From assembly GCA_964416155.1 (NCBI GenBank), contig CAYQCW010000002.1:108748-172747 (forward strand): a stretch of 64,000 nt of DNA, read 5' to 3'. The notes beneath the pieces are model-generated. The model was not told where the DNA came from. It made no database searches and saw nothing but the letters and a program-made list of their open reading frames with translations. Made by a program: the position numbers and the translations under genes. Source of the DNA: an uncultured Nitrososphaerota archaeon (GTDB taxonomy: Archaea; Thermoproteota; EX4484-205; JAAOZP01). This document shows positions 55,006 through 64,000 of the stretch, piece by piece (positions within the stretch are counted from its first letter, which is position 1; each line of letters opens with the position of its first letter).

Positions 55006-55440
55006 CTAGACAGCCCTTAGAAGACTTAGACCTGTTCCCGCGTCGGGAACCCGGTTGAACGAGACTCCAGTGATCTCAGCCACCACTATTTCTGCGAGAT
55101 AAAGTATTCGGCTCCCCAGCTCCAAATGCCCCCCGTACGTCGCTTTACCATCGGAAACAGAGACATGCGCGTGCAACTTACCGTTCGCCATCAAGCCGCT
55201 GACAGAGTTTATCTCTAAAGGACCATCTATGTCGATATACTCTTCCTCAGGCGGAAGCTTCTTGGAAGTAACCCTATGTATGCGACAATTTTCAAGAGTA
55301 CCTATCGCCGAGACGATGATGCCGTTTGCAATACCATTGTTCTTGGCGGCGGTTTCAACGGTTTCTAAAAGATCCTCCCCACGGTCACCCCTTAAGACTA
55401 TGATTCTTCCTAATCCTGCCCCCCAAGAGTCCATCTTCAA
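55006..55440 (-). CDS. PPC/DUF296 domain protein
   Basis: GEDLL, SAIGTL, EINSVSG, HAHVSV, GGHL. Confidence 0.9.
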   Translation of the reverse strand: MKMDSWGAGLGRIIVLRGDRGEDLLETVETAAKNNGIANGIIVSAIGTLENCRIHRVTSKKLPPEEEYIDIDGPLEINSVSGLMANGKLHAHVSVSDGKATYGGHLELGSRILYLAEIVVAEITGVSFNRVPDAGTGLSLLRAV

Positions 55441-55446
55441 CCCTCC

Positions 55447-56154
55447 TTAAAGCCGTATGCCAAACTTCTCTAAATAAGGCTTCTGGTTAACACGATCCTC
55501 CTGAAACTGTCGCAGCGCCCTCTCCGAGACCGCGTCAGCCAGTTCCCTCGGGATAACCACCACCCCATCGTCGTCACCCATCACGAAGTCCCCGGGTTCC
55601 ACAGGCACGTCCCCGACGGTGACAGGTATGTTAACGTCCTCAGGCCTCAGAATAAGCCTCCCCACAGTCTCAGTGCGGCCCACCCCCCTGCAGAAAACAG
55701 GAAACCTTTCCCTCCTTATCTCAGCCACATCCCTGCAACCACCATCTATCACTAGCCCAACTATGCCCCTGTCCCTCGCGATTAAAGCGATGTACGAGCC
55801 CCAGAAGCCGACCCTAGTGTAGCCGCCGGCGTCCGCAACCAGGACATGACCGGGCTCAGCAACCTGTAGGAAGAGCTCAGCATTGTTTTTACTCCTATAC
55901 CATCCGGAGGCATATTGGTCATATTCCTCAGGCGACATGTTGGGTATTGGTTCCCTCGCCTTGACCAACCGTATTGTTAGCGCGACGCCCACCATTTTTA
56001 TATCGTTGAAGAGAGGCCTTATCTCCTCCGACATTATTGTAGAATCGTAAACATTATACCTGTCTAACGCATCGATGACGTCTGCGGTCCGCACCTCCGC
56101 CAGACGTTTTAAAAGCTCCCTATCCTTATCGGAAATCAGACGCTCAGGTTTCAT
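55447..56154 (-). CDS. RraA-like / HMG aldolase family protein
   Basis: TADVIDALD, FWGS, VIDGGCRD, PGDFVMGDDDGVVVIP. Confidence 0.9.
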   Translation of the reverse strand: MKPERLISDKDRELLKRLAEVRTADVIDALDRYNVYDSTIMSEEIRPLFNDIKMVGVALTIRLVKAREPIPNMSPEEYDQYASGWYRSKNNAELFLQVAEPGHVLVADAGGYTRVGFWGSYIALIARDRGIVGLVIDGGCRDVAEIRRERFPVFCRGVGRTETVGRLILRPEDVNIPVTVGDVPVEPGDFVMGDDDGVVVIPRELADAVSERALRQFQEDRVNQKPYLEKFGIRL

Positions 56155-56266
56155 CTCAAGCCGCCCAGAACTATACCTGTCTAAACCACTAATAAGTCTA
56201 TCCGATTACCCGTTGGATGCTTCCAGCCGGGGGAAAAGCTTATCCGAACATCGTGGACTATGGAGC

Positions 56267-57292
56267 ATGACGCCAATGGATAGGCTTCACTTTCCTAAGC
56301 CGGTTTCAGCCGGCATAATTCTCTCTTATAAGTGCAGCAGCACGTGTAAACACTGCGTGTACGCTTGCTCCCCGAGATGGAGTGACGACTGGCTTACGGA
56401 GAGAAACATCGAGCTGGTCTTGAGACAATTAGCTTCAAGCATTAAGCCCAGCCCATATGGTCGCGAAAAAGTCAGCCTGAACCATGGGTTGCATTTTACA
56501 GGGGGAGAGCCGTTTCTGAATTTTAAGCTTCTTCTGAACGCGGTTAAAACTGCGGATGAGCTTAGGATCCCGTCGACATTCGCCGAAACCAATTGCTTCT
56601 GGTGCGTTAACGATGAACAGGTTAGAGAGAGGCTTACGGCTTTGAAACAGGCAGGGTTAAAAGGGATGCTGATTAGCGTAAATCCGTTCATACTTGAGCA
56701 GGTTCCGTTCGAACGGACTGAGAGAGCAATTAACATAAGCAGAGAGATATTTGACGGGAACACGATGATATATCAAGAGACTTATTACCATCGGTTTAAA
56801 AGCTTCCGTATAAGGAATACTCTCACGCTCGATAAGTATTTGGAGAAAGACAGGTGGGCATTGTGCTACTCCGAGCTCCTTCCGATGGGGAGGGCCTGCT
56901 ACAGGCTTAAACACTTATTCGTAAAATACCCTGCTAAAGCTTTCTTAGATGAACGCTGCATATCAGAGCTAACTAGGAGCCGGCATATCCACGTAGACAA
57001 CTATTTCAACTATATGCCTGGATACTGCGGCGGAATATCTCTCGGAGATGCGAGAGACCTAGATGCTTTAACTCAGGGGGTAGACTTGCAGGATAAGCCT
57101 GTGCTACGCATGCTTGTCGAAAGCATCGGGAATCTTTACGAGTTTGCTGCCAGAGAATTTAACTACAGAGAGAAAGAAGAAGGGTATATTTCCAAATGCC
57201 ACCTCTGCATAGACATAAGGAGACACTTAGTCCAGCAGACCGACGAGTATAAGGAGCTTCGGCCGAGAGAACTGTATTTTAATCTGGAATAG
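56267..57292 (+). CDS. Radical SAM protein of unknown function
   Basis: CSSTCKHC, FTGGEPF, ETNCFW, C-terminal GYCGG and KCHLC; start set at ATG 56267. Confidence 0.85.
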   Translation: MTPMDRLHFPKPVSAGIILSYKCSSTCKHCVYACSPRWSDDWLTERNIELVLRQLASSIKPSPYGREKVSLNHGLHFTGGEPFLNFKLLLNAVKTADELRIPSTFAETNCFWCVNDEQVRERLTALKQAGLKGMLISVNPFILEQVPFERTERAINISREIFDGNTMIYQETYYHRFKSFRIRNTLTLDKYLEKDRWALCYSELLPMGRACYRLKHLFVKYPAKAFLDERCISELTRSRHIHVDNYFNYMPGYCGGISLGDARDLDALTQGVDLQDKPVLRMLVESIGNLYEFAAREFNYREKEEGYISKCHLCIDIRRHLVQQTDEYKELRPRELYFNLE

Positions 57293-57464
57293 CTATTTTC
57301 TTTACTTATCCATTTACTTAAGCATAACCAAATATAACGGGATAGAATTGAATCGTAGGGCCTGTACAGAATATCCTGCAAACATTAGTTACCTGATGAT
57401 ACTAGAACTGCCAGCTAAACCGAGTTAAACTTTAAAGGAGTGTTAAAAAATATGATGGCTAGAA

Positions 57465-57680
57465 ATGAGTAGCGAAGCGATTCCTTTGGCTAAGAGAAGA
57501 AAGGGAATCGTTCTTTACTGGAGGCGGGCACGAGGGTTTTCACTCGGTGAATTAAAGGAGGCCGGTTTAACTGTTGACCAAGCTAGGAGACTCGGATTAG
57601 CGGTGGACCTTAGGAGGAGGTCTAAACATGAGGAGAATGTTAAGAGGCTTAAGGATATCCTAAGTGTTAAGCCTGCTTGA
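57465..57680 (+). CDS. rpl13e: 50S ribosomal protein L13e
   Basis: RGFSLGELKEAGL...ARRLGLAVDLRRRSKHEENV signature. Confidence 0.9.
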   Translation: MSSEAIPLAKRRKGIVLYWRRARGFSLGELKEAGLTVDQARRLGLAVDLRRRSKHEENVKRLKDILSVKPA

Positions 57681-58283
57681 CACTTGTCTCCTATGAGACA
57701 CGAAACGGGAATCAGCCACATAGAATCTTAATGGGATATTAAGGTCTCCGGAAACACCGATTCTAAAGCCTCTAGCAATATTAGTTTCCACAAACCTTTT
57801 TCTCACAGTAATCTCTGAACTCTTCAAATAGACAGGTTTCCCATGTAGACTTTTATCTATTGCAATTGCCTCCGTAAGCCTTCCCGGACCATTAGTCAAT
57901 CGAAAAACGTCACTCGTACCCCTAAGTCTTTTCATCTCCTCTATACCCGTAAGAGGCTCGAGGGCTCTGATTAAAACCCCTCCGCATCCGTGAGGCTCAT
58001 GTGCAACAATGTTGAACAACCACTTCCCATGAACGCCATATATCAAGGCTCTCCCCACATCACCGTAAAGCATCATAGCTATTTCTCCATTACTCCTGTA
58101 GGCTCTGGAAGCCGGGTCAGACTTTCCGTAGTATGCTTCTGTCTCAACAATAACCCCTGTCAAAGCCTTTTTCTCGAAGACACAGCAAAGAACGTTTCCT
58201 AATAGACGCCTAGCCACTATGGCCGGATCCCTAGCGTAGAACCTTTTAGACAGAATTCTCCCTATTTTCATCACGCTACTCAT
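57660..58283 (-). CDS. mpg: 3-methyladenine DNA glycosylase (AAG/Mpg family)
   Basis: IVETEAYYG..DPAS, VLIRALEP, LTNGPGRLT, RIGVS, LRFY. Confidence 0.93.
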   Translation of the reverse strand: MSSVMKIGRILSKRFYARDPAIVARRLLGNVLCCVFEKKALTGVIVETEAYYGKSDPASRAYRSNGEIAMMLYGDVGRALIYGVHGKWLFNIVAHEPHGCGGVLIRALEPLTGIEEMKRLRGTSDVFRLTNGPGRLTEAIAIDKSLHGKPVYLKSSEITVRKRFVETNIARGFRIGVSGDLNIPLRFYVADSRFVSHRRQVSSRLNT

Positions 58284-59101
58284 TATTCAAATTTTCTCTC
58301 CATAATCCTACGCTTGCTTATGGTAGCGATACTGTCATAGCCAAATGCCTCCACATAATTTATTAAAGAATCATAAGCATAGTCTATTTCTTCAACAGAA
58401 TGCGCATCGGTACCCACGGTCAAAGATATTTCCAGTTCACGGGTCTTCCTCATGATTCTCTGCGAAGGATATATTGAGTTAACAGGCTGTCTCAACCCTC
58501 TTGAGGAAACCTCGATGCACATTCCATGCTGTTTAACAAGTCTTAACACGTTCTGCTCGTCGAGAAAACCATCGCTAGGGGTGAACCCCCATATCCTCAC
58601 TATGTCGATATGACTAACGACGTTGAAAAGACCTGTTTCTACAGCTTTACCGACTAGACGCATATAGGCTGAGTAAAACTTGTTGAAACCATTCTTACTT
58701 ATTTCCTTTTCCATCAGAATCCTGTGGCTAGGGGAATCGATGCAGATTCCTCCAACGAAGTGCACGCTGCCCATTAGAAAGTCGAAGTCATAACTGCCCA
58801 ACATATCCTCTAAAATCTTCTCGTTTCCAGGAATATAGTCGACTTCCAGCCCCAGCCTCACTGTTAACTTACCCTCATACTTTTCGGAAACCATCCTCGC
58901 CTCCTCAACATAGCTTTCAAGCCTAAGCCAGTCTAAAGAGCCGGTTGATGAAGAACCGTTTGGGAAAACAGTTAAATGATCGGTGAAAGCTATTTCCTCA
59001 AAGCCTTTTCGAACCGCTGCCTCACAGTAATCCGACATTCGGGAGGAACCGTCGCTAAACGTAGTGTGAATATGATAGTTGATTTTCACGGAGGGCTTCA
59101 A
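58283..59101 (-). CDS. PHP-family histidinol-phosphatase (HisJ/HisK-like)
   Basis: YHIHT, FTDH, GLEVDY, GSVH, SHID, GTDAH. Confidence 0.88.
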   Translation of the reverse strand: MKPSVKINYHIHTTFSDGSSRMSDYCEAAVRKGFEEIAFTDHLTVFPNGSSSTGSLDWLRLESYVEEARMVSEKYEGKLTVRLGLEVDYIPGNEKILEDMLGSYDFDFLMGSVHFVGGICIDSPSHRILMEKEISKNGFNKFYSAYMRLVGKAVETGLFNVVSHIDIVRIWGFTPSDGFLDEQNVLRLVKQHGMCIEVSSRGLRQPVNSIYPSQRIMRKTRELEISLTVGTDAHSVEEIDYAYDSLINYVEAFGYDSIATISKRRIMERKFE

Positions 59102-59173
59102 CTCGTTTCTATTTTTAAATTTAACCCTAGTGCACTGGGATTAAACATGAAACCTGACAATCCATAGTGCTTT

Positions 59174-59887
59174 TTAAAGGTAACCTCTTTTCCTTGCCTC
59201 CTCGAGTATCGCCACTGTTGCAGAGGTCCCTATCCTCGTTGCACCAAGCTGTTTAAGCCTCAGCAGATCGTCAAGCGTACGGATTCGACCTGCCGCTTTT
59301 ATCTGGATCTCCGGGATGCATTCTCTACGCATCAGGATAATATCGCTGTCAACAGCACCCCTATACATGTATGTCCCGTCGGGTTGCTTTACGAAACCAT
59401 ATCCCGTGGATGTTTTAACGAATGCTACGCGATGCTTATTGCACACGTGGCACAATTTTATCTTAGAGTCATCCGCGAGATAATCGTTTTCAAAAATCAC
59501 TTTTACAATGGCGCCCCTTTCAACAGCATTATCGTTAACCGCTTTAATCTCCCTTGAAATATAATCCCAGTCTCCGCTTAAAACCTTCCCAATGTTTACG
59601 ACGAAATCTATTTCAGTAGCACCGTCTTCACAAGCCTTCTCAGTTTCCATCACCTTTATTTCAATAGTGCTGCTACCATGCGGGAAACCGACAACGGTGC
59701 AGACAGCCACGCTTGAGCCTGAAAGCATTTCTTTCGCAAGCCTAACCGCATAAGGCTTAATGCATACTGCAGCGACATTGTATTTTTTAGCCACCAGACA
59801 CCCAGCCTTAAGATCCTCATCTGTGAGAGTAGGGTGGAGGAGAGAGTGGTCAATCATCTTCGAAATGGATTCGAGCGACTTAACCAT
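59174..59887 (-). CDS. deoC: Deoxyribose-phosphate aldolase
   Basis: IDHSLL, TVVGFPHG, EIDFVVN, KVIFEN, FVKTSTG, IKAAG, RIGTS. Confidence 0.95.
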   Translation of the reverse strand: MVKSLESISKMIDHSLLHPTLTDEDLKAGCLVAKKYNVAAVCIKPYAVRLAKEMLSGSSVAVCTVVGFPHGSSTIEIKVMETEKACEDGATEIDFVVNIGKVLSGDWDYISREIKAVNDNAVERGAIVKVIFENDYLADDSKIKLCHVCNKHRVAFVKTSTGYGFVKQPDGTYMYRGAVDSDIILMRRECIPEIQIKAAGRIRTLDDLLRLKQLGATRIGTSATVAILEEARKRGYL

Positions 59888-60079
59888 CGCGTAACGTTTG
59901 AATGATGTTTGAGGGATATAAGCATAGCGTACGCTGCCCGCAAACACACTTTCAACTCATGGAATTTGAAATAAGCTCACGTAATGTGATTACTGTGCTG
60001 GAATACGGGTTGTAAGCTTGAAACGCGAGCCGGCTTTAAATAATCACCCTCCCTTGGCGTAATTGGAGGTGGAAGAAAG

Positions 60080-60196
60080 ATGGTTTGGAAGAAAAGGAAC
60101 GGGGGGAAGAAGATTGACTGGGAGGAGGTCGTGCAGGATCTTCGCGCAGACCTTCCCGCTAGAGAGTACCGTTACGTAAGGCTCTTCTTCAAGTAA
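60080..60196 (+). CDS. Unannotated 38-aa small protein MVWKKRNGGKKIDWEEVVQDLRADLPAREYRYVRLFFK
   Basis: Manual translation; TTTAAATA at 60035-60042, GGAGGTG RBS at 60065-60071, T-tract after the stop. Confidence 0.6.
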   Translation: MVWKKRNGGKKIDWEEVVQDLRADLPAREYRYVRLFFK

Positions 60197-60353
60197 ACCC
60201 TGTTCTTAACCAACTTATTTTTTCTAAACGGTTTCCAATTTTTCAAAAAATATTTATTGAGATAAAAGATACTTGTGATGCACGCCTTGAAGCCGAGTCT
60301 ATTTTCAAGGACTTCTTTAAACTTATAAGAGACTTAGAATAGCCAATTTCCAG

Positions 60354-63300
60354 ATGGTTAAACGACAACTCCTAACAACTCTTTTCAGTCTTTTACTCGT
60401 TGTCATTATATTTATTTCTGGAAGACCTCTTTCAGCCCAACTAAGCTACGTGAATTACACGGTTGTTCTAAACGCCGGGGTGTTTTTCGACGAAGCTCCG
60501 CAAAAACCTGTTAATTTTACAATGTGGATAGGGTTATTTCGTTTTTCATGGGGCACGAATCAATCAGGCAGTATAATTCAACAACAGGAAACAAGTTTGG
60601 ATTCACGCATACAACAGTATCAGCGTTATCTGATTAATACCATCCGACTATATACTGATTCTTGTCTCCAGTTAAACAGGTTAGCGGTTTTGACCGATTA
60701 CTATGGGGCGGTCCGGAATTGGAACGTAAGGTTTGACGGCAAGAACTACATTTATTATATTGATCAGCTTGGCTTGAGCAGCACGTATAGAGTCGAATCC
60801 GATGTCGATTCCACATTATGGTACAGAGTGAATAACACTGGTAGAATAATCAATATCAGCCTAGTGCTGAGGGCCAGCTCAGCAAAGCTTTATATTGTTG
60901 ACGTGTCTCCTTTTCAAAGGCTTAACGCTAGAATCATATTCGACGAGCATGCAGGGACACACATAGGTTATTTTGGGAATGGAAGCTGCTTTCTAATAGC
61001 ACGCGGTAACATGGGTAGCTTAAAGCTTTCAGGCAGATACTTAGTTGAGCTTCATACGCTTGAATCCACTCCGACACAGCTAGCCTTCCCGTTTGAAATG
61101 AATTTGAACTTAGGAAAGGAAAACCTTATAATTGGCCCAGAAATCTACAGAGCACTTCTCAACTCGACCGACAGCCTGATTAAAGCTGCCGGCGAGTTTC
61201 TGAGTGAAACAAGTATTTATGCTTCAGACATATATGCAAAGCTTCAACAGGCAAGTTCATACTTAACCGATATTCAACCAGTAAGCCTAGAGGAATTTGG
61301 GGAATTGAATCTTTTCCCGCTTGAAGGAGCTATTAATCTCGTATGCGAAGCCAGCAGCAGCATCGGCATGTTGGTCTTGTCATCCGGAATGCTTATTGCC
61401 CCGATCGTGCTGATAATTATTTTGATAGCGGGGGCAGTTGTCTCGCACCTAATATTTAACGGAAGCAGGAAACTGACGATCATTCTCTTCATCCTCTTCT
61501 CGCTATTGGCTTTCGAATTCCATCCTGGTTTAAGGCTAATACTCTTCTCAACGAGGCCGAAGGCGTTGATTAACCTCTGGTCCCTATCGAACTTCACATT
61601 CGGGATACCGTTCATGCTGCTTCCAGTTGCTTCAGCCATCATAAGCCTAATCCTTCTATTTTTGACGGTACGGCTGATGTTCAAGTACTCTGGAACAGCC
61701 ACGATCTACAGCCTAGCTGCGTCAACCGCGGTTAGAATGCTTAAAAGCAGAAGGCTTCGAGGCGCCTTAGTAATACTCACCGTCACCACTATAGCGATGG
61801 TAACTGTTCCCGCAATAACTCTGAAAACAACAGTGCCGCTCGTCACGTCGCTTCAAGAGGCTCGAGGCGGCGGAGGAACCATTCTTTTCTCAAAAAACTG
61901 GCTGGCAAAAGTAGTAATATCAAGCCCCGCAGGCACCTTTGAAGAAAAGTATAACGGGCTCTTTTTAATGAGCCTTGAAGAAGCTGCTTTCTACGCAGGG
62001 AAACTTGGGATGACGGAATACACGCCGATCTGCATAGCTTTCTGCGAATCCAAGTTTTTGCAAAAAGAATCTTTCCCAAGCCAGTTAAACCTTACTGGGC
62101 CGGGAGGAATAAACATCACCATCCCAGTGGAATCGGATAGCCAAGAGCCAGGAGGCTTAATAATATTTGTAAACCTCACCTTCATGAAGAGTCATTTAGG
62201 ATTAAACTTTTCAGGAGATTTTAAAAACGGTATTCTAATCGACAAGGAGTTTTTTCAAAGACAATATTTCCCAGGCCAGTTAAACGTGATGGGTTTAAAC
62301 TTGAATGTAACAGGAGTGTTCGACAAATCTACTCTACGAACGTCAAGCGGAGAAACATTGGAGAGCTATCTTAGAAGTAGACCGATCTTCATAGGAACCA
62401 TTAACTGGGATGCTTTACAAATCCCGTCTAGGTTGATAATGGATAATCTTTTGACAGAGGGTAATAGAATGCTCATAATATCGAGTCCAGTGATTGGATT
62501 GGTAGATATCGAGGCTGTGAGAAACATCCCTGCTTTTAAACGAGTCGTAGCCTTGATCGGGACTTATCCTGTCGCTAACTTGGTTGCAATAGCGAACTAT
62601 TTAAAGACCTTGGTCTCGTCTCATAAAATCTGGCTCAGCCGCGCCATAACCACTGGCGGAGTAGGGATCTCCATCGACGTCGTCTCCTCTTATTCAGCAA
62701 CCATAAATAAGGGCTCGCAGCTTGAAACCATTCAGCTTGGAGCACCGCTCCTAATGGCTTTAGGCAGCTGGGAGTCTGTTCTTATGATGATACTGATAGG
62801 TTCTCTCATAATTCTAAACGCGATGTTAAACTCGATATACGAGCGGAGGAAGGAGTCAGTGATAATGTCTAGCTTGGGTGCATCCCCAAGCTTCATAACC
62901 TACTTGTTTTTGACAGAGGGCTTGATAATAGGGGTGATGGGGGGCTGCTTAGGGTATGTTCTGGGCTATGCTTGGGCATATTCAATAGGTGCTAGCAGCC
63001 CGGAAATATTTACGGAGCTCTACAGTCTAACACCACTGCTCCTAGTTTTCATAATTGCCGTTCTGGTTACAGGCATTGGCTCAGCTTTCCCAGCGAAGGA
63101 AGCTATTCTTAAAATAGTCCCGAGCAAAATCATGCTTATCCGAGGGGAAATTGCCATTAAAACCGAGAAGGATGGTTCTAAAAGAGCGTCAACGCCTATT
63201 CGGCTAAAGAAGGAGCATTTGGAGCAGTTCTCCTCGCTCATCATAGATATGGCGCAATCCCATTCCTACTCTCTCTACGGCATTATAATCCACTCGTATG

Positions 63301-63575
63301 AAAAAGAGGAGGACGGGGTGAAATTGAACTTAAGCTACAGAGCTATTTCCGGCCTTTCTGAAAGGATAGCCGACTACGATGTGGAGGTCAAATATGTTCC
63401 TGATAGAAGCTTCTACAATGTTGAGTTGATTGTTAAGAATATTGAGAGAAGCTCGTACGCCTATATAGAGCATAAAGCGTTAATGAAGACGATGCTCTAC
63501 GAGCTACGCGACGAACTTTTGAAGATCACTGTTTCAGAGCAGTGGACGTCCAGCAGGAAGGAGAGGCAAGTATAA
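60354..63575 (+). CDS. Large FtsX-like permease family protein (paralog of 43255-47811 without the PA/M28 region)
   Basis: Signal peptide, central TM bundle, MLKSRRLRGALV, NSIYERRKESVIMSSLGASP (FtsX), IVPS and a soluble C-terminal tail. Confidence 0.78.
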   Translation: MVKRQLLTTLFSLLLVVIIFISGRPLSAQLSYVNYTVVLNAGVFFDEAPQKPVNFTMWIGLFRFSWGTNQSGSIIQQQETSLDSRIQQYQRYLINTIRLYTDSCLQLNRLAVLTDYYGAVRNWNVRFDGKNYIYYIDQLGLSSTYRVESDVDSTLWYRVNNTGRIINISLVLRASSAKLYIVDVSPFQRLNARIIFDEHAGTHIGYFGNGSCFLIARGNMGSLKLSGRYLVELHTLESTPTQLAFPFEMNLNLGKENLIIGPEIYRALLNSTDSLIKAAGEFLSETSIYASDIYAKLQQASSYLTDIQPVSLEEFGELNLFPLEGAINLVCEASSSIGMLVLSSGMLIAPIVLIIILIAGAVVSHLIFNGSRKLTIILFILFSLLAFEFHPGLRLILFSTRPKALINLWSLSNFTFGIPFMLLPVASAIISLILLFLTVRLMFKYSGTATIYSLAASTAVRMLKSRRLRGALVILTVTTIAMVTVPAITLKTTVPLVTSLQEARGGGGTILFSKNWLAKVVISSPAGTFEEKYNGLFLMSLEEAAFYAGKLGMTEYTPICIAFCESKFLQKESFPSQLNLTGPGGINITIPVESDSQEPGGLIIFVNLTFMKSHLGLNFSGDFKNGILIDKEFFQRQYFPGQLNVMGLNLNVTGVFDKSTLRTSSGETLESYLRSRPIFIGTINWDALQIPSRLIMDNLLTEGNRMLIISSPVIGLVDIEAVRNIPAFKRVVALIGTYPVANLVAIANYLKTLVSSHKIWLSRAITTGGVGISIDVVSSYSATINKGSQLETIQLGAPLLMALGSWESVLMMILIGSLIILNAMLNSIYERRKESVIMSSLGASPSFITYLFLTEGLIIGVMGGCLGYVLGYAWAYSIGASSPEIFTELYSLTPLLLVFIIAVLVTGIGSAFPAKEAILKIVPSKIMLIRGEIAIKTEKDGSKRASTPIRLKKEHLEQFSSLIIDMAQSHSYSLYGIIIHSYEKEEDGVKLNLSYRAISGLSERIADYDVEVKYVPDRSFYNVELIVKNIERSSYAYIEHKALMKTMLYELRDELLKITVSEQWTSSRKERQV

Positions 63576-63607
63576 AATTTTTAAGCGAAGGCGTCGACCA
63601 ATTATTG

Positions 63608-63940
63608 ATGACTAAACCTGGTATCCAACTGTTTCCCGAGATCGTTGCAACGGCTGTGAGGACTAGATAGGCCGAAATGCATAGAGTTCTGCCCCTACAA
63701 TGTTTCCACACGGCAGATAATAAGCGATGGTTGCAAACCCATAGAACTGTGTTGAGGGCTGCGTAGCCTGCATGCCGCTCTGCCCAAGAAGGCAATGGAA
63801 TTTCCAAAAACACCAAGTTTTCAGAAAAACGGAGATGCCTTGGTCAAAGGATTTGAAGAAAATAGTATGCAAGAAATGCGACAAGAGTTTCTGGACTAAC
63901 GAGGACAGAGTTCTGCTGGGAATGCAGCAGCTCAAAATAG
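63608..63940 (+). pseudogene. Frameshifted 2[4Fe-4S] ferredoxin with C-terminal Zn-ribbon
   Basis: Fragments join as MTK-WYPTVSRDRCNGC-..KCIEFCPYNV-..VANP*NCVEGCVACMPLCP-..MPWSKDLKKIVCKKCDKSFWTN-EFCWEC; about 6-7 frameshifts and one in-frame stop. Confidence 0.75.
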
Positions 63941-64000
63941 TCTCATGTAAGTCGGTCAGGGAAAAACAATGACTTACCCTAAAAACAGGCATATTCATTA

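Noticed and set aside
56075-56266. N-terminal 64 codons of the ORF-track radical SAM protein
   Set aside because: They overlap the divergent RraA-like gene and its promoter; ATG 56267 or 56276 is a more plausible start.
57390-57430. TGATGA box-C-like motif suggesting a C/D sRNA
   Set aside because: No properly spaced CTGA box D or terminal stem found.
1283-63998. Numerous 60-216 aa ORFs antisense to or nested in long genes (e.g. 12190-12840, 42587-43123, 7453-7899)
   Set aside because: They overlap well-supported genes on the other strand or frame, have no motifs and show the Ser/Leu/Phe-rich composition typical of shadow ORFs.

Overview
A gene-dense archaeal window of about 45% GC (estimated by eye). 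TIP49, ribosomal L13e, a nurA-herA-mre11-rad50 operon, TATA/BRE promoters close to many start codons and a tungsten AOR point to a thermophilic TACK archaeon; a Brockarchaeota/Bathyarchaeia-like lineage is my inference. I saw no rRNA, tRNA, CRISPR array or transposase. The left half is mostly housekeeping: aminotransferase, trxB, an intein-interrupted radical SAM enzyme, proC, a heterodimeric ABC exporter with a split second subunit, TIP49, HMG-CoA reductase, a MoxR/VWA-peptidase operon, GH97, a redox cluster, a C45 pseudogene and the DSB-repair operon. The best candidate for an undescribed system is at 38.8-52.7 kb. It has a 1518-aa PA/inactive-M28/FtsX membrane protein, two OPT-like multi-pass proteins and a small unknown protein. 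Two membrane-anchored glycoside hydrolases (GH50-like and GH5-like with CBM4/9) bracket it, a shared promoter motif links two of its genes, and a GH3 and a GOR-like oxidoreductase lie next to it. A second FtsX paralog is at 60.4-63.6 kb. Other highlights are a possible redox-trap intein next to trxB, a KaiC ATPase coupled to an AEP primase-like protein, an unannotated 38-aa ORF, a probable CTG start codon and a hidden ferredoxin pseudogene. All family assignments come from motif recognition by eye; no database searches were run.
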